Shown here: one piece after another, positions 63,810-64,000 of the stretch
How the letters are laid out: each line of letters starts with the position of its first letter
How positions within the stretch are numbered: position 1 is the first letter of the stretch
Source of the DNA: Eledone cirrhosa
Taxonomy: Eukaryota
Reading direction: 5' to 3'
Assembly (NCBI GenBank): GCA_964016885.1
Contig: CAXHJY010000416.1
Span: 63,312 to 127,311 of the forward strand
Length of the DNA: 64,000 bases
Notes under the pieces: generated by a model
What the model was told of the DNA's origin: nothing
The model's database searches: none
What the model saw: the letters and a program-made list of their open reading frames with translations, nothing else
Translations under genes and position numbers: made by a program

Positions 63810-64000
63810 CTTTCTCTTGCTTGATGGATGTGTGGTCATCCCGGTCAGCAATCTGTGAGGCATCATCGTGTGAAGAGCCGACCAGGTCCATCAGTGTCTT
63901 CCATCGCTGGTGGTCCTGTGCCAGCCCCTCTGCATTCTCGAAGGTGATATCAAAGAACCTCTGGAGATCTTCCTTAATCATGTCCAGCCAGCTGGTGCAG
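63810..64000 (-). mobile_element. LINE 3' end running off the window
   Basis: TSWLDMIKEDL...LAQDHQRWK is a typical RTE/CR1-like ORF terminus; GC-rich. Confidence 0.6.

Noticed and set aside
60441-64000. EEA1 first coding exon or promoter
   Set aside because: No convincing ATG-containing exon with a donor site was found; it probably lies beyond the window.

Overview
AT-rich animal genomic DNA, probably octopus/coleoid cephalopod (inferred only from the repeat families). The window lies inside one minus-strand gene, EEA1 (early endosome antigen 1). I traced 20 GT-AG exons (60440 down to 240) that splice into one uninterrupted frame of 732 codons; the start exon was not found and the C-terminal FYVE exons lie beyond the left edge. 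Unlike the human protein, this EEA1 has two N-terminal C2H2 (Rab5-binding type) zinc-finger exons. They are separated by a 22-kb intron made largely of retroelements inserted into a TA-rich compound microsatellite: RTE LINEs, a young Penelope-like element with 1.35-kb inverted arms, a GC-rich CRE-type RLE retrotransposon with a PHD finger, tRNA-derived SINEs and small fold-back elements. The introns also hold several hammerhead-ribozyme motifs (one fully canonical at 52204-52264), two solo LTRs, piggyBac, mariner and hAT MITEs, minisatellites and a truncated tRNA-Glu. All homology statements are from memory and by-eye alignment; no searches or folding programs were run.
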